This document shows, one piece after another, positions 37,189 to 47,479 of a stretch of 64,000 nt of DNA; the stretch's first letter is position 1; every line of letters starts with the position of its first letter. Source of the stretch: a virus; the IMG/VR virus record IMGVR_UViG_3300033141_002294, positions 4,482 to 68,481 of that record. One strand, 5' to 3'. Both the position numbers and the translations under genes were made by a program. The notes under the pieces are model-generated. The model was not told the origin of the DNA and made no database searches. It saw only the letters and a list, made by a program, of their open reading frames with translations.

Positions 37189-38052
37189 TCATCCTCCTCC
37201 GCATCCAACGGCCTCTCGTGCCACTGGTAGCCACATCGAATACAGGTTCGCAACAGCGATTCGGGAAACAGGGGCTTGCCATGCGGCCACAGTGCGACAC
37301 TTGAGTGTCGCGTTCGTGCCACGCCCCCGCATTTCGGACAGGGACGGTTCTCGTCAAAGCGTTGCATACTCATCTCTCTCCCTTATTCAATCCGCTGATA
37401 CAGCAGACTGGCCAGCATCCCGAGGCGAACAACCTGGCGGGCCTGCAGCTTGTAGTTGTGGTCGCTGTCAAGCTCTTTGCGCAGAACTTGACTGGTCGCC
37501 TCAACCTCATCAAGCAGGTCGCAGGCCGTCTTTTCGCTCCGGCCCGGCCCTCCCGTGTTGACCCTGCGCAGCACCTTGCGGTGGAGTTCTTCCGCTTTTT
37601 GCTTCAGGTGGTCGGGACAAATGGCGCACTCGCCCCCAAACGGGCAGGTGTCGTAGCAGTCAATCCCCATTGGCCTCTCCCTCCCTCGGCTGGTGTTCCT
37701 CACACCCGGCATTGTAGCTGTCCAGCACCCAGTAATTATCCCAGTAGCATAACGGATAACCGCCCCAAACGCCGTAGTACTCACAGGTCTCGCAGGTGCG
37801 GTCCATTCCGCGAACCTCCTCTCATTAAGCGTGGCGGCGGGCCAGGGGCTGTCGGGGTGATGCACCCGCCGCCACGCTGCGTCAGGAACCTACGCTGCCC
37901 GAATGTGCGCCATCACACACTCGGCGCAGTTACGACTGCACTCGTCGCTGCATGCGCCCATGTCGATTTCCGCACAGGGAGGTTCATGCGCCTCATAGAG
38001 CATAATTTCCATGAGGCGGGCCAGCCGTTCATAGCTGACCTCGATTGTCCCT

Positions 38053-38475
38053 CTATCCTGCTGCTGCATTGTTGTTGTCCTCCTCTCCGAAATCTCCGAA
38101 CATATCCCTGCCCCAAGGGGCGGGTTGTACCGACTGCCAGTCGTCCGAGGTATCCAGCCGGGCGACCATCGCTAGATAGCGGCGGCTGTCATGAGCCCTG
38201 GCATGACAGCGGTTGCCGCAGAAATTGCCGCACATGGCAATCAGGTTAGCGGCCGTATCCTTACCGCCCTCGGACCGTAACCTGATGTGATGGGCATCGA
38301 GACTGGTGATGGTGCCGTAGGCCCCGCACCAGCGGCAGCGGTAGCCGTCCCTTGCCAGTACCTGCATTCTGATTGCTTTCGGGACGCCGTTATGTTTGCG
38401 CCGGAGCCCCGTGCGTGATTGCAGGTGGGTGTAGCTCTTCAGTGATGTCCGTCTCCGTAGACTCGACCACGCCAC
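38053..38475 (-). CDS. HNH endonuclease
   Basis: RDGYRCRWCG..DAHHI..GG....NL...C....CH motif. Confidence 0.85.
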   Translation of the reverse strand: MAWSSLRRRTSLKSYTHLQSRTGLRRKHNGVPKAIRMQVLARDGYRCRWCGAYGTITSLDAHHIRLRSEGGKDTAANLIAMCGNFCGNRCHARAHDSRRYLAMVARLDTSDDWQSVQPAPWGRDMFGDFGEEDNNNAAAG

Positions 38476-40704
38476 CTAGACCACCTCCACGCGGGAGCCT
38501 TCGCTCGTTTTGCTCACTATCAACTGACGCGGGAACTGGTCCTGCAACTCGCTCAGGTGTGTAATGCAGAGGACCAGCCCGAAGTCGGAAGCGATGGAAA
38601 ACAGTGCCTCCATCAGTCGCTGCCTGCCTACCGGATCGAGTGCGCCGAACCCCTCGTCGATGACCAGGAGACGCAGTTCGGCGCCGGCGCGGTGGGTCAG
38701 GAACTTGCTGAGAGCAACACGGAGGGCAAGATCACACATGAGGCGTTCGGCACCGGAGTAGGTCTGGTAGGGTCTCTCGTGCCCCTCGTCGGCAATGTAG
38801 ATGCGCAAAGCCTCGGAGACCGTACCCGATTTGGTCTCTACCTGCGTCTCCAACCGGAGTGACAGACGCCCGGCAGTCATACGGTCGAGGAGTTCGTTCG
38901 CCAGGGCCTCCACCTGTGGAACGGCGCACTCTATGATGAGCGCAGGCACCCCGCCGCGCTGGCCGAACGCCTCCACCAGCAGGCGGTAGGTCTGTAGCTG
39001 GTCCTCCAACCCGGCGATGGTCAGCCGTAGGATCTTGGCCTGCGCCTCCGCCTCAGCGCACTCTTCCAGTTGGCGGGACAGACGCCCGATGTCCTCTGCC
39101 TTCTGCTGTGCCTGGGTTACCCACAACCGCAGCGCTATCCGTGCCCGTTCAAACTTCTCGGCGATTGGAGACATCGCGGCCAACTTCACTCTTGCGTCGT
39201 CGATCCGGGTCCGGATGTCGGTGGCCTGTTGAGATACGGCGCGATGTCTATCGGCCAGCTTCTCGCGCTCACCCACCAACCGCGAATGTTCGCTCCGTGC
39301 TACCTCCAGGCGTGGGGCAAGGAATGCGAGTTCTTTCACGCTAGCTAGCTTGTCCCTGACGGCCTTGTGGACCGCCGGACCGTAGCTAGCTCGGTCGCGC
39401 TCCTCTTGGAGGCCCTTGAGCCGCCCATATGCCTCTGTGTCCAGTTCCGCCGCCCCACTCGCCGCAAGCGCTGCCTGTTCTTGCTGCAACCGCTCTAGCT
39501 CCGGCTCATCGCCCAGCAGTTGGCTCTCTGCGCTGTGGGCCTGCGCCAGCAGCGGGCACTTCTCGCGGTGGATGGGTTCGCAGGGCACCTCAGACAGTAC
39601 CGCAAGCACCCTCTTCTCGTGGTCGATCCGGCTTTCCAGACCAGCTATGGCGGCGGCCAATCGCTGCTCCTCCCGTGCCCTGGTCTCTCGCGCAAGCTGC
39701 TCACGAACGGCAATCTGCCGAGTCAGGCGGGCAATCTCCCAGTCTATCTCCGACAGCCGCGCGGCCTCGACGTCCATCTCCTCAAGCTCCTGGATCAGCC
39801 GCTCCGACTCGGAGACGGCGCGTTCGATGTCCTGCTGGCGATTGAGCAGGTCCGTGTATCTGTCGAGGTCAGCGCGAACGCGCTTCCCCTCTGCGGCAAT
39901 CTGCTCAAGCTCATCGTTCTTCGCCTTCAGGTCGGTGCGCAGTTGGGTCAGCGCCTGTTCCAGATCGGGCTTCGCCCTGAGCTTGGCATCGAGGGCGTTG
40001 ATCCGTCCCTGGAGGTTATCGATTTCCTCATCCGCCTCGTCCTTGGCCTGCCGTACCTCCGCCAGCCTGACTCGCAGTTCGTCGGCACGCCCAGCCATAA
40101 CCAGCAGCGGCTCCAGTTTGTTCTCCGCGACGTCCCTTTCTTTGGCCAACCGCCCGGCCTCAGACTTCGCCTCAGCCTGCAGCCGCCCATAGATGTCGAG
40201 CCCCAGGATACGGCCGAACACCGCTTTCCGTTCGGCGTTGGTCATGTCGGCGGTCAGGTTGTCGCTCTTGCCCTGGAGCACCAGGGCTGAGGCGGTAAAT
40301 GTGCGGTAGTCCATGCGGAGGATGCGCTCTATCTCCGCCTGCGTCTCGCGGATGGCTTTGCCGCCGAGTGGCACCCAGCCCTGTGGGCCGGAAACGTAGA
40401 ATTCAAGCTGAGTTTTACCTGCCCCCTTGAGGGAGCGGGTCCGCACGACGCGGTAGGTATCTCTCCCGAGGACGAACTCCACATCCGCCCGGCACTCCTC
40501 CGCTCCTTGACGAACGTAGTTGTCGAGTTCCTTCTGCCCGCCCTTGGAGCCCTCACCGAACAGGGCGTAGGTGAGGATGTCCAGTAGAGTGCTCTTGCCG
40601 GAACCGTTCGGCCCCACCAAAGCCACCATTTGCAGGTCGCGCAGATCGACATCGCCGATCTGATAGCTGCCGAAATCGCGCACCGACAGTTTAGTCGGCT
40701 GCAT
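38476..40704 (-). CDS. sbcC: SbcC/Rad50-like SMC ATPase
   Basis: GPNGSGKST, long coiled coil, YSGAE signature, IDEGFGALD and ITH. Confidence 0.92.
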   Translation of the reverse strand: MQPTKLSVRDFGSYQIGDVDLRDLQMVALVGPNGSGKSTLLDILTYALFGEGSKGGQKELDNYVRQGAEECRADVEFVLGRDTYRVVRTRSLKGAGKTQLEFYVSGPQGWVPLGGKAIRETQAEIERILRMDYRTFTASALVLQGKSDNLTADMTNAERKAVFGRILGLDIYGRLQAEAKSEAGRLAKERDVAENKLEPLLVMAGRADELRVRLAEVRQAKDEADEEIDNLQGRINALDAKLRAKPDLEQALTQLRTDLKAKNDELEQIAAEGKRVRADLDRYTDLLNRQQDIERAVSESERLIQELEEMDVEAARLSEIDWEIARLTRQIAVREQLARETRAREEQRLAAAIAGLESRIDHEKRVLAVLSEVPCEPIHREKCPLLAQAHSAESQLLGDEPELERLQQEQAALAASGAAELDTEAYGRLKGLQEERDRASYGPAVHKAVRDKLASVKELAFLAPRLEVARSEHSRLVGEREKLADRHRAVSQQATDIRTRIDDARVKLAAMSPIAEKFERARIALRLWVTQAQQKAEDIGRLSRQLEECAEAEAQAKILRLTIAGLEDQLQTYRLLVEAFGQRGGVPALIIECAVPQVEALANELLDRMTAGRLSLRLETQVETKSGTVSEALRIYIADEGHERPYQTYSGAERLMCDLALRVALSKFLTHRAGAELRLLVIDEGFGALDPVGRQRLMEALFSIASDFGLVLCITHLSELQDQFPRQLIVSKTSEGSRVEVV

Positions 40705-41812
40705 CGATACCCACCCCCTCCAGCAATGTGTGGGCCGCTGCTGTCACGGCTTTCCGCCGCGCATCCGGTAGGTCGCGCAGGCTGAGCCACTGCTCCAGGG
40801 CCTCCATCGGCCCGGTGGACTCAGTGACCTCCGCCCGCGCCCGAACCTCGCGCACAATCTCGGGCTGAATGGTGGCGACATGGTCTGCGCCGAACTGTTG
40901 CAATGCCGCCACAATCTCGGCCTCGTCGATGGGCTGCTCCGGGTTCAGCTTGTATCGGACCCGGACAATGGCGTCGCGGACCAACGGCATATCCGCAGGT
41001 CCATTCCAGTCGATCGTGACCAGCCGCTTAGCGGGCAGGTCGCACCACTCCACCGTCTTGGCGTCCAAGTCGACGATGTAGCATCCCCGCTCGTCGTGCT
41101 CCTCGCTCCAGTCGATGCGCTGCATGGCACCGCTGTAGAGGACGGGGGGCCAGTCGCTGAGCTTCTGGGGCTTGTGGATGTGCCCGAACAGCACCGCATC
41201 CCAGCCCATGGCGACGAGTTCGCCGACGGGAAGGGTCGGCTCGGATCCCATGCCGAGGACCTGTCCGCTGGAGCATTGAGCGCCGGAGATGGTCCAGTGG
41301 CCGATGAGGATAGACGGTATGTCCGGCTTGCGCTGTGCCGCCAGACCACGGGCGATGGCCAACAGGGCCGACGGGACATCAGGCACCTCATCAGAGATGA
41401 GGGTCTGAGGCTTCACCGCCGGAAGGACGGCGACCTGACACTCGGCAATCGTCGTCAGGCCCGGCCGGGAGTGACCCCATTCAGGGTTAATCTCGGCGAG
41501 AACCGCTGTGGGTCCTGGTCTGCCCGGCCCGGCGAGGTCGTGGTTTCCCGCACATCCCACGCACGGGATGCCCTCCGCCTCGAAACGCTTGAGAAGACGC
41601 ACGACCGACTGCAATTGCAGGGAGCCCGGACGTGCGTCGATGAAGAAATCACCGGGGAACATGGCGAGGTCAACGCGGTGTTCCCGCGCCTTTTGGAGGA
41701 GAGCGGATGCAAGAGTCTCCCATTCCTCGTATCGGCTCGACACACCCTCGCGCACCCGCTCATAGGTGCTGTAGTAACAATGCAGGTCGGGAGCCAGGAG
41801 GATGCGCATCAC
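40691..41812 (-). CDS. sbcD: SbcD/Mre11-like metallophosphoesterase nuclease
   Basis: DLH, GDFF, GNHD and GHIH motifs; adjacent to sbcC. Confidence 0.92.
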   Translation of the reverse strand: MMRILLAPDLHCYYSTYERVREGVSSRYEEWETLASALLQKAREHRVDLAMFPGDFFIDARPGSLQLQSVVRLLKRFEAEGIPCVGCAGNHDLAGPGRPGPTAVLAEINPEWGHSRPGLTTIAECQVAVLPAVKPQTLISDEVPDVPSALLAIARGLAAQRKPDIPSILIGHWTISGAQCSSGQVLGMGSEPTLPVGELVAMGWDAVLFGHIHKPQKLSDWPPVLYSGAMQRIDWSEEHDERGCYIVDLDAKTVEWCDLPAKRLVTIDWNGPADMPLVRDAIVRVRYKLNPEQPIDEAEIVAALQQFGADHVATIQPEIVREVRARAEVTESTGPMEALEQWLSLRDLPDARRKAVTAAAHTLLEGVGIDAAD

Positions 41813-42672
41813 TGCTCACCCCCCGACTCCAGCTCGGCCTCGGCTTTCTTCGCGCATTCGAGACACAGACAGCGCCCGTACTTATTATGTGTGCGGTCGC
41901 AGACCTGCTCTAGGGTGTAGGCACCGACAGGCTTAATCTCAGCGCCGCAGTCGAAGCACTCAGGCGGGCCGGTGAAATCGGGGTCGCCACTGTCGGTTAC
42001 CGGCGATCGTTCCTCCTGCCCGACCGCCGACTCGACATCGATGACCTGCACCTCCTGTTCAGGCGGGGAGTACAGGCGGTTGACTGCGCCAAGAGCAGCC
42101 GCAATTACCATCTGTTTGACCTGCGGGTCGGTCAGGTCTGGCGCAAACGAAATGCGCCGGATACGGAACGGTCGCCGGAGTTCTTGCGGCGTGTACGCCG
42201 CCTTCATGCCCAACAGCGAGCGGATGACACGGTTCTGAGCGCACGACTCGGCGATTGTGTCCATGTGCGCCCGCCTCTGGCGGACCGCGCGCTCAATGCT
42301 TTTTTCGGTGTGCTTGGGCTTGCCATCCTTGTCGACCTGCGCCTTCAGTCGCTCGGCGTAGGCATTTAGATCAACGGTGTAGCTGGCGCTGAACCCGCGC
42401 CACTGACCGTCGCCACCCTGAATGTAACCGACCGCCGAGGCGGTTACCCTGTCGTTGTTCGGCCGCTCAAACCGAGTCGGCGAGAATTGTATCCCCGCCG
42501 CCATCGCCAGCTTGGCATTGGCAACGCGGCTCAGGCAGAGTTTCCCGCCCTCGGTCTTGTATACCTCGTCTGCATTGTTCGGATTAATGCGTACTTCCGT
42601 CGCCGTCTCCTGATGCAGTGCGCTGATGTTCTGAACCAGCGCCGTAGGCATCAGGTCTATGCACTCAGTCAT
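41809..42672 (-). CDS. putative recombination (single-strand annealing-like) protein with C-terminal Zn finger
   Basis: AESCAQNRVIRSLLG motif and CFDC..CLEC; precedes sbcDC. Confidence 0.5.
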   Translation of the reverse strand: MTECIDLMPTALVQNISALHQETATEVRINPNNADEVYKTEGGKLCLSRVANAKLAMAAGIQFSPTRFERPNNDRVTASAVGYIQGGDGQWRGFSASYTVDLNAYAERLKAQVDKDGKPKHTEKSIERAVRQRRAHMDTIAESCAQNRVIRSLLGMKAAYTPQELRRPFRIRRISFAPDLTDPQVKQMVIAAALGAVNRLYSPPEQEVQVIDVESAVGQEERSPVTDSGDPDFTGPPECFDCGAEIKPVGAYTLEQVCDRTHNKYGRCLCLECAKKAEAELESGGEQ

Positions 42673-43236
42673 GAATCTCACTCCCTTGACGTGTGCCGTC
42701 TCGATGGAGTATAATGAGACGACAACAACATATTTCAAGCCCCCGGCCCCCGGCGACGCCTGTTATTGGCTACCGGGGGCCGCCCCTTTGCGAAGGGTCC
42801 TCAGCCGCTCTTCTCACCCCCTACGCACAGGCGAACCTTGATGTGTCCATCCGGCTCGACTCGTGCCGGACCCGCGAGCGCTCCCCGATGTAACTGCCCC
42901 TCGGAATCCAGCAGATACGTACCCCGGTTGCTGGTGATTACCCCTGCCACCAGCACTTCATCACGCTCGGCCAGGGCCTCACGCAATGACTCTAGGCGGG
43001 ACCGAAAGACGCTCTTGAGTCCGGCTATCCGCACCCGTTTCCACCTCCCTGAGAGCGATAGTCGCTGTATGTGCCAGGGCGGCTAGCTGGTTCCTGGTTA
43101 GTTCGATTTCCAACTCTGTATCAACATGACAGTAGGTGCATTCCTCAACGGCGAGAATGCACTTACCGCCCTGCCAATAGATCATTACCCGCGCCTGGGG
43201 CGTGACCGATAGTCTCGCTTTCATCCCCATCCCCTC

Positions 43237-43662
43237 CTAATACAACCCCCTCAGCGCCTCGGCCAGTCGCCGTCCCTTGTCACCGTCGCCGATGACTACG
43301 ACAACTGGACCTGTGCGCTGGGGTTGATTGGATTGTTCGTCCTCCATCCGGGCCAAACGGATCAGTTCCACGCTCGCCTGTGCCCGCGCCATATCGGGGT
43401 TGCGAGACACACGATACGCTTCGTCGTACAGCCTCCGGTAGACCGGAGCACCTCCGACGATTTGGTATGCCTCCAGCACTCGGGGTGAAAACAGCCGCCG
43501 ATCCGGCGTCGGGGCCAAAAAGGGCAACTGCCCTGCCTGACAGCGTTTGTGGACTGAGGATGCCGTAATGCCGAACATCCGCCCCACCTCAGCGGCTGTC
43601 AGCAAACCTTGTCCGGGTCGTGCATCCCCTGGTCGATCATCTTGTCGAAGTGCCTCTCCCAT
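43237..43662 (-). CDS. excisionase-like HTH protein
   Basis: LLTAAEVGRMFGIT..G.LP...P..RRLF; start uncertain. Confidence 0.6.
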   Translation of the reverse strand: MGEALRQDDRPGDARPGQGLLTAAEVGRMFGITASSVHKRCQAGQLPFLAPTPDRRLFSPRVLEAYQIVGGAPVYRRLYDEAYRVSRNPDMARAQASVELIRLARMEDEQSNQPQRTGPVVVVIGDGDKGRRLAEALRGLY

Positions 43663-44168
43663 CCGAGTTTGACCCCCTCTTCGAGTCCGTACTCACGGGC
43701 CATATGCACGAGGCAGTTGATGGCGGTGTAGACATCCCACACCTGTTCCATCAACTGTGAAACCTCCTCCATATCCAGCTCGCCCTTGTATATCTCATGG
43801 CAGAGTTTTGTGAGGACCGCCTGCACCTGCTCTGCCGATTCCTCCGCCTCCTCCACATAGCACGACCCGACCATCGCTGGGTGTCCATCGATCTGATTAG
43901 GCACCCAGCCGGTCGGGTACGGAGGGGGAGAGTCTTGGGGCGAGAGAACAAAATCGTGCTCGCTGCCGTCTTGCCCACTCATCCGAATGATAAGGGGCGA
44001 TTGCAAGGCACAGGCTATATCCATGAGTACGTTGAGTGACGGCGGTTTATGCCCGTTGGCTACTGCCCATATATGCTGTGACGACACTCCCGCCTTCCGG
44101 GCCAGCGCCCGCTGGGTAAGTTTGAGACGGGCCAGTGCGTCGGGGATGCCGACAATTTGTATATCCAT
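43599..44168 (-). CDS. Cro-like XRE HTH regulator
   Basis: LTQRALARKAGVSSQHIWAVANGHKPPSL; divergent from the repressor gene. Confidence 0.8.
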   Translation of the reverse strand: MDIQIVGIPDALARLKLTQRALARKAGVSSQHIWAVANGHKPPSLNVLMDIACALQSPLIIRMSGQDGSEHDFVLSPQDSPPPYPTGWVPNQIDGHPAMVGSCYVEEAEESAEQVQAVLTKLCHEIYKGELDMEEVSQLMEQVWDVYTAINCLVHMAREYGLEEGVKLGWERHFDKMIDQGMHDPDKVC

Positions 44169-44184
44169 TTTTCCCCCTCCCTGT

Positions 44185-44360
44185 GTACATCATACAACAT
44201 GGTGTTATATAAGTGCAAGGCAAGGCGGGGGTATTATGAGTCCATACGGGAGAGATGCGCCGACTTGTTATGCTATAATGCAACCAAACGGTGTATTAGC
44301 CCGATATTTAACGCCATACCGTCGTATTGACCAATACAACAAGCCGGTGTATGGTTGGCG
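44185..44360. promoter_or_regulatory. lysis/lysogeny switch with divergent promoters and operators
   Basis: Plus-strand extended -10 TGCTATAAT (44271-44279); minus-strand TTGCAC-18-TATGAT; two 19-bp boxes ATGCAACCAAACGGTGTAT (44278) and ATACAACAAGCCGGTGTAT (44334). Confidence 0.65.
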
Positions 44361-44426
44361 TAGGGGATTATGTGTAGAGGCTGCTGCTGCCTAGACACAT
44401 AGGGGGTGTAGGCAACGAGTACCGAG

Positions 44427-44834
44427 TTGCGCGAGATAGGACGACGGCTGGAGCAGATGCGCAAAGACAAGGGCCTCAGCCGACGTGAGGTCGCAGAGCA
44501 TTTGGGCACTACGATTCAGAGCATTTACAACTGGGAGCGCCATCGCGGCGGGAGAATGCCGCCCTATGAGGCTCTATTCGCGATGGTAGAACTGTACCAA
44601 CGGCACATCGGCGAGGTCTTTGGGATACCCGATCCCAAGCGGGTGTATCTGCGGGATATCACTCATCAGTTGCCCGATGACTTGGCTGAGTGGGTCTGTC
44701 AGGAGGGCAGTGAAGAGTTCCTGCTAATGGCCCGAGAGATAGATGAAAACAACATCGATCCCGACTTCATTCGCGGCATAATCAATATCATGCGGGCACA
44801 GAAACGTCATCAAAACGAGGAAGGGGACACATGA
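44427..44834 (+). CDS. CI-like repressor (XRE HTH)
   Basis: GLSRREVAEHLGTTIQSIYNWE; first gene of the integrase-oriented operon. Confidence 0.85.
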   Translation: MREIGRRLEQMRKDKGLSRREVAEHLGTTIQSIYNWERHRGGRMPPYEALFAMVELYQRHIGEVFGIPDPKRVYLRDITHQLPDDLAEWVCQEGSEEFLLMAREIDENNIDPDFIRGIINIMRAQKRHQNEEGDT

Positions 44835-45215
44835 ATGCCCATCGACAGAATACATCAGCCGCACATTCAGACACGTGCCGAACATGCATTTGAAGAAGTG
44901 GCGCTCCATAGCGGCACAACGACAGATTTAGGCACGGGATCGGCCGTCAATCTGTCCGGCTACGTATGTGCCTGGCTGGTCGTCGGTGTCTCTGATATTG
45001 CCTCCAACTCACGATTGACGCTTGAAATGCAATACCTCGCTGGCAGTAAGTGGGTTCGTATGCCCGATACTAAGGTTGAATACTCCGCAGCCACGACATC
45101 TCCACAGGCTATAGCAATAGACCTCCCACCGTCGGCGCAGGCCCGCATAGCATGGACGCTATCAGGTGACGCGCCCTCCGCGACGTGGTCAGCATCACTG
45201 CATCTGTCATCATAG
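44835..45215 (+). CDS. beta-rich protein paralogous to tail-module protein 52490..52885
   Basis: Aligns by eye with 52490..52885; abuts the repressor stop codon. Confidence 0.7.
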   Translation: MPIDRIHQPHIQTRAEHAFEEVALHSGTTTDLGTGSAVNLSGYVCAWLVVGVSDIASNSRLTLEMQYLAGSKWVRMPDTKVEYSAATTSPQAIAIDLPPSAQARIAWTLSGDAPSATWSASLHLSS

Positions 45216-45453
45216 GGCTGCAAACGAGGTGGGAATTATGGCAGCCCAGACAGCAATCCAAGAGCCTCCTGTCGTTTTAAAGATTGTACCGACAACCCAC
45301 GTTATCGTCTATTGTGCGATATCCAGCAACATCGCGCTCATCGGTCGGCCGTCAGAGTGACCGAGGAGTGATCAACCGTTTGCGTAGTCGGGTCGATCCG
45401 GGACCGGCTGCAACTGTCTCTGGGCGCTATGACAATAATGGGGGGTTGGTATA

Positions 45454-45882
45454 ATGTGGCGGTTAGGCATCATCGGACTCGTTGCCGTCCTGCTGGCCGG
45501 TTGCAGTGCAGCGACGCCGGAGGGCATAATCGGCAGGTCGACAAACGGTGGGTCCGGTGCAACCAGCATCACGATGTCTGAGGGCACGTTGACGATCCAC
45601 TATAATTTCATGCCGGTTCGGGCGACAACCGACTCCGAACTCCGCAAGGAGATAGGCCGGAAGTGGGCCGATAAGATCAAGCGGCTGTTTGACACCAGTC
45701 CCAGTCTGCGTACGGTGGTAGTCTGGGTGACGCTACCCTACGACGATGTATATGGAAAGCGTACCTGGAAACAGTACCTCAGATGGTCCATCAGTCGCAG
45801 CAAATATGAGCATATACAATGGGACCATTTCACCGACGACGACCTGCTGAGGATCGTAGACACCATCAAACCGCTGCAGTAA
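45454..45882 (+). CDS. lipoprotein, candidate superinfection-exclusion factor
   Basis: Signal peptide with LAGC lipobox; lysogeny-module position. Confidence 0.7.
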   Translation: MWRLGIIGLVAVLLAGCSAATPEGIIGRSTNGGSGATSITMSEGTLTIHYNFMPVRATTDSELRKEIGRKWADKIKRLFDTSPSLRTVVVWVTLPYDDVYGKRTWKQYLRWSISRSKYEHIQWDHFTDDDLLRIVDTIKPLQ

Positions 45883-45987
45883 GGGGGTATGGGGATGAGG
45901 GGTTTGCAGGCCGCAGGCTGGATGCTCGCGGGGATTTTGCTGGCGCTGGTGCTGATAGCAGTCTACCGTCTGGCGGCGGGCTAGACA

Positions 45988-47130
45988 ATGGGGTCTATCC
46001 GCAAGCGGGGTAAGGGCACCTGGACAATCATCTACAGCCTCGGTCGGGACCCGCAGACGGGCAAATACCGGCAGAAATGGGAGACAATCAGGGGCACGAA
46101 GGCACAAGCAAAGGCCGTCCTGGCAGAGCGTGAGGCTGCTGTTGCCAGGGGTCAGATGCAAGACACATCGCGGATGACCGTCGGGCAGTTTCTGACGCGA
46201 TGGTATGACTCGCATGTAACCCGAATCCGGCCCGCAACCGCCACAAGCTATGAGATACAAATTCGTTGCCACATCACTCCCGCTATCGGCAGCATTCTCC
46301 TGTCCAAGCTCACACCCTTGGACCTCCAGGAGCTCTACGCCGCCAAACTACAGGGTGGCCGCAGCGACGGCAAGCCGGGCGGCCTATCTCCGCAGTCGGT
46401 GAGATATATCCACGCCGTGATTCGCGAGGCGTTGTCCGATGCCGTGCGGTGGGGGATGGTCAGCCGCAATGTGGCCGACCTGATCGACCCACCTCGGCCC
46501 GATAAACAACGTCCGACTGCCTGGACAGTCGAGCAGGCAACCGTGTTCCTCCAGGCAACCCGCAACGATGCAGTTTACCCACTCTACCTGCTGGCCCTGA
46601 TGACCGGGATGCGGCGCGGCGAACTGCTGGCTCTAGAGTGGCAGGATATCGATTGGGAGCGGAGGACCGTGAGCGTCCAGCGTAGCGTGCAAAGGGTCGG
46701 CCGTCGGTTGATTGTCGGTGTGCCGAAAACCGAGCATAGCGTAAGGCAGGTCGCCCTACCCGACTCCTGTATCCAGGCCCTGCGGCATCATCGTACCCAT
46801 CAGTTGCAGATACGGCTAATAATGGGCGGGCGCTACCTCGACTGCCATCTGGTGTTCCCCGGTCCGGGGGGTGAGCATATGGAGCCCAGGGCGCTGACAC
46901 GACGCTATGAACGTGCAATCAAGCGCCTGCCGGTCCCGTACATCCCCTTTCATGGACTCCGCCACACCCACGCTACAACCCTGCTCAAACAGGGCATTCA
47001 CCCCAAGGTGGTAGCGGAGAGACTGGGGCATTCGCAGATTCGGACCACGATGGACACTTACAGCCATGTACTGCCCGGTATGCAGGAGGAGGCAGCCCGC
47101 GCAGTGGAGAGGGTGTTGGGCGAGTTTTAG
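45988..47130 (+). CDS. int: tyrosine integrase
   Basis: Arm-binding N-terminus, TGMRRGE, HGLRHTHAT, RLGH and YSHV motifs. Confidence 0.97.
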   Translation: MGSIRKRGKGTWTIIYSLGRDPQTGKYRQKWETIRGTKAQAKAVLAEREAAVARGQMQDTSRMTVGQFLTRWYDSHVTRIRPATATSYEIQIRCHITPAIGSILLSKLTPLDLQELYAAKLQGGRSDGKPGGLSPQSVRYIHAVIREALSDAVRWGMVSRNVADLIDPPRPDKQRPTAWTVEQATVFLQATRNDAVYPLYLLALMTGMRRGELLALEWQDIDWERRTVSVQRSVQRVGRRLIVGVPKTEHSVRQVALPDSCIQALRHHRTHQLQIRLIMGGRYLDCHLVFPGPGGEHMEPRALTRRYERAIKRLPVPYIPFHGLRHTHATTLLKQGIHPKVVAERLGHSQIRTTMDTYSHVLPGMQEEAARAVERVLGEF

Positions 47131-47422
47131 CAAATTCTTAGCAGGTTGCCTCGGCCCGTCCCCAGTCCGATGGAATTCGTCCCGAGCCATCGGACGCCGA
47201 AACCCCCGCAGTGCGGGGGTTTCCGGTTTTAACCTCCGTGGTCGGGCCGGCCGGACTCGAACCGGCGGCCTCTTGAACCCCATTTATGCGTCATGTCGCG
47301 CGCCCTGTGGCGGCCCGGCGCACGAATGCAGTTCCCACGGGGGTTTCGAGCGTCCTTCCCGGTTTGATTCGGGTCCACAGACGCCCATCGGCGCGGCAGG
47401 AGTTTTAGCAAATTATTAGCAG
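47122..47422. mobile_element. attP: tRNA-Pro(GGG) 3'-half core (47239-47284, minus) flanked by 23-bp arm repeats
   Basis: Minus strand AATGGGGTTCAAGAGGCCGCCGGTTCGAGTCCGGCCGGCCCGACCA; GAGTTTTAGCAAATT(C/A)TTAGCAG at 47122 and 47400; hairpin at about 47196-47228. Confidence 0.88.
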
Positions 47423-47479
47423 TCTGTCACGCTGTCCAGACGTAGCCCGTCTCGATATCTAAGTTCGCGGTCTAGGCAT

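Noticed and set aside
47239-47284. Complete tRNA-Pro gene
   Set aside because: Only the anticodon loop to CCA is present; the 5' half is missing, as expected for an attP core.
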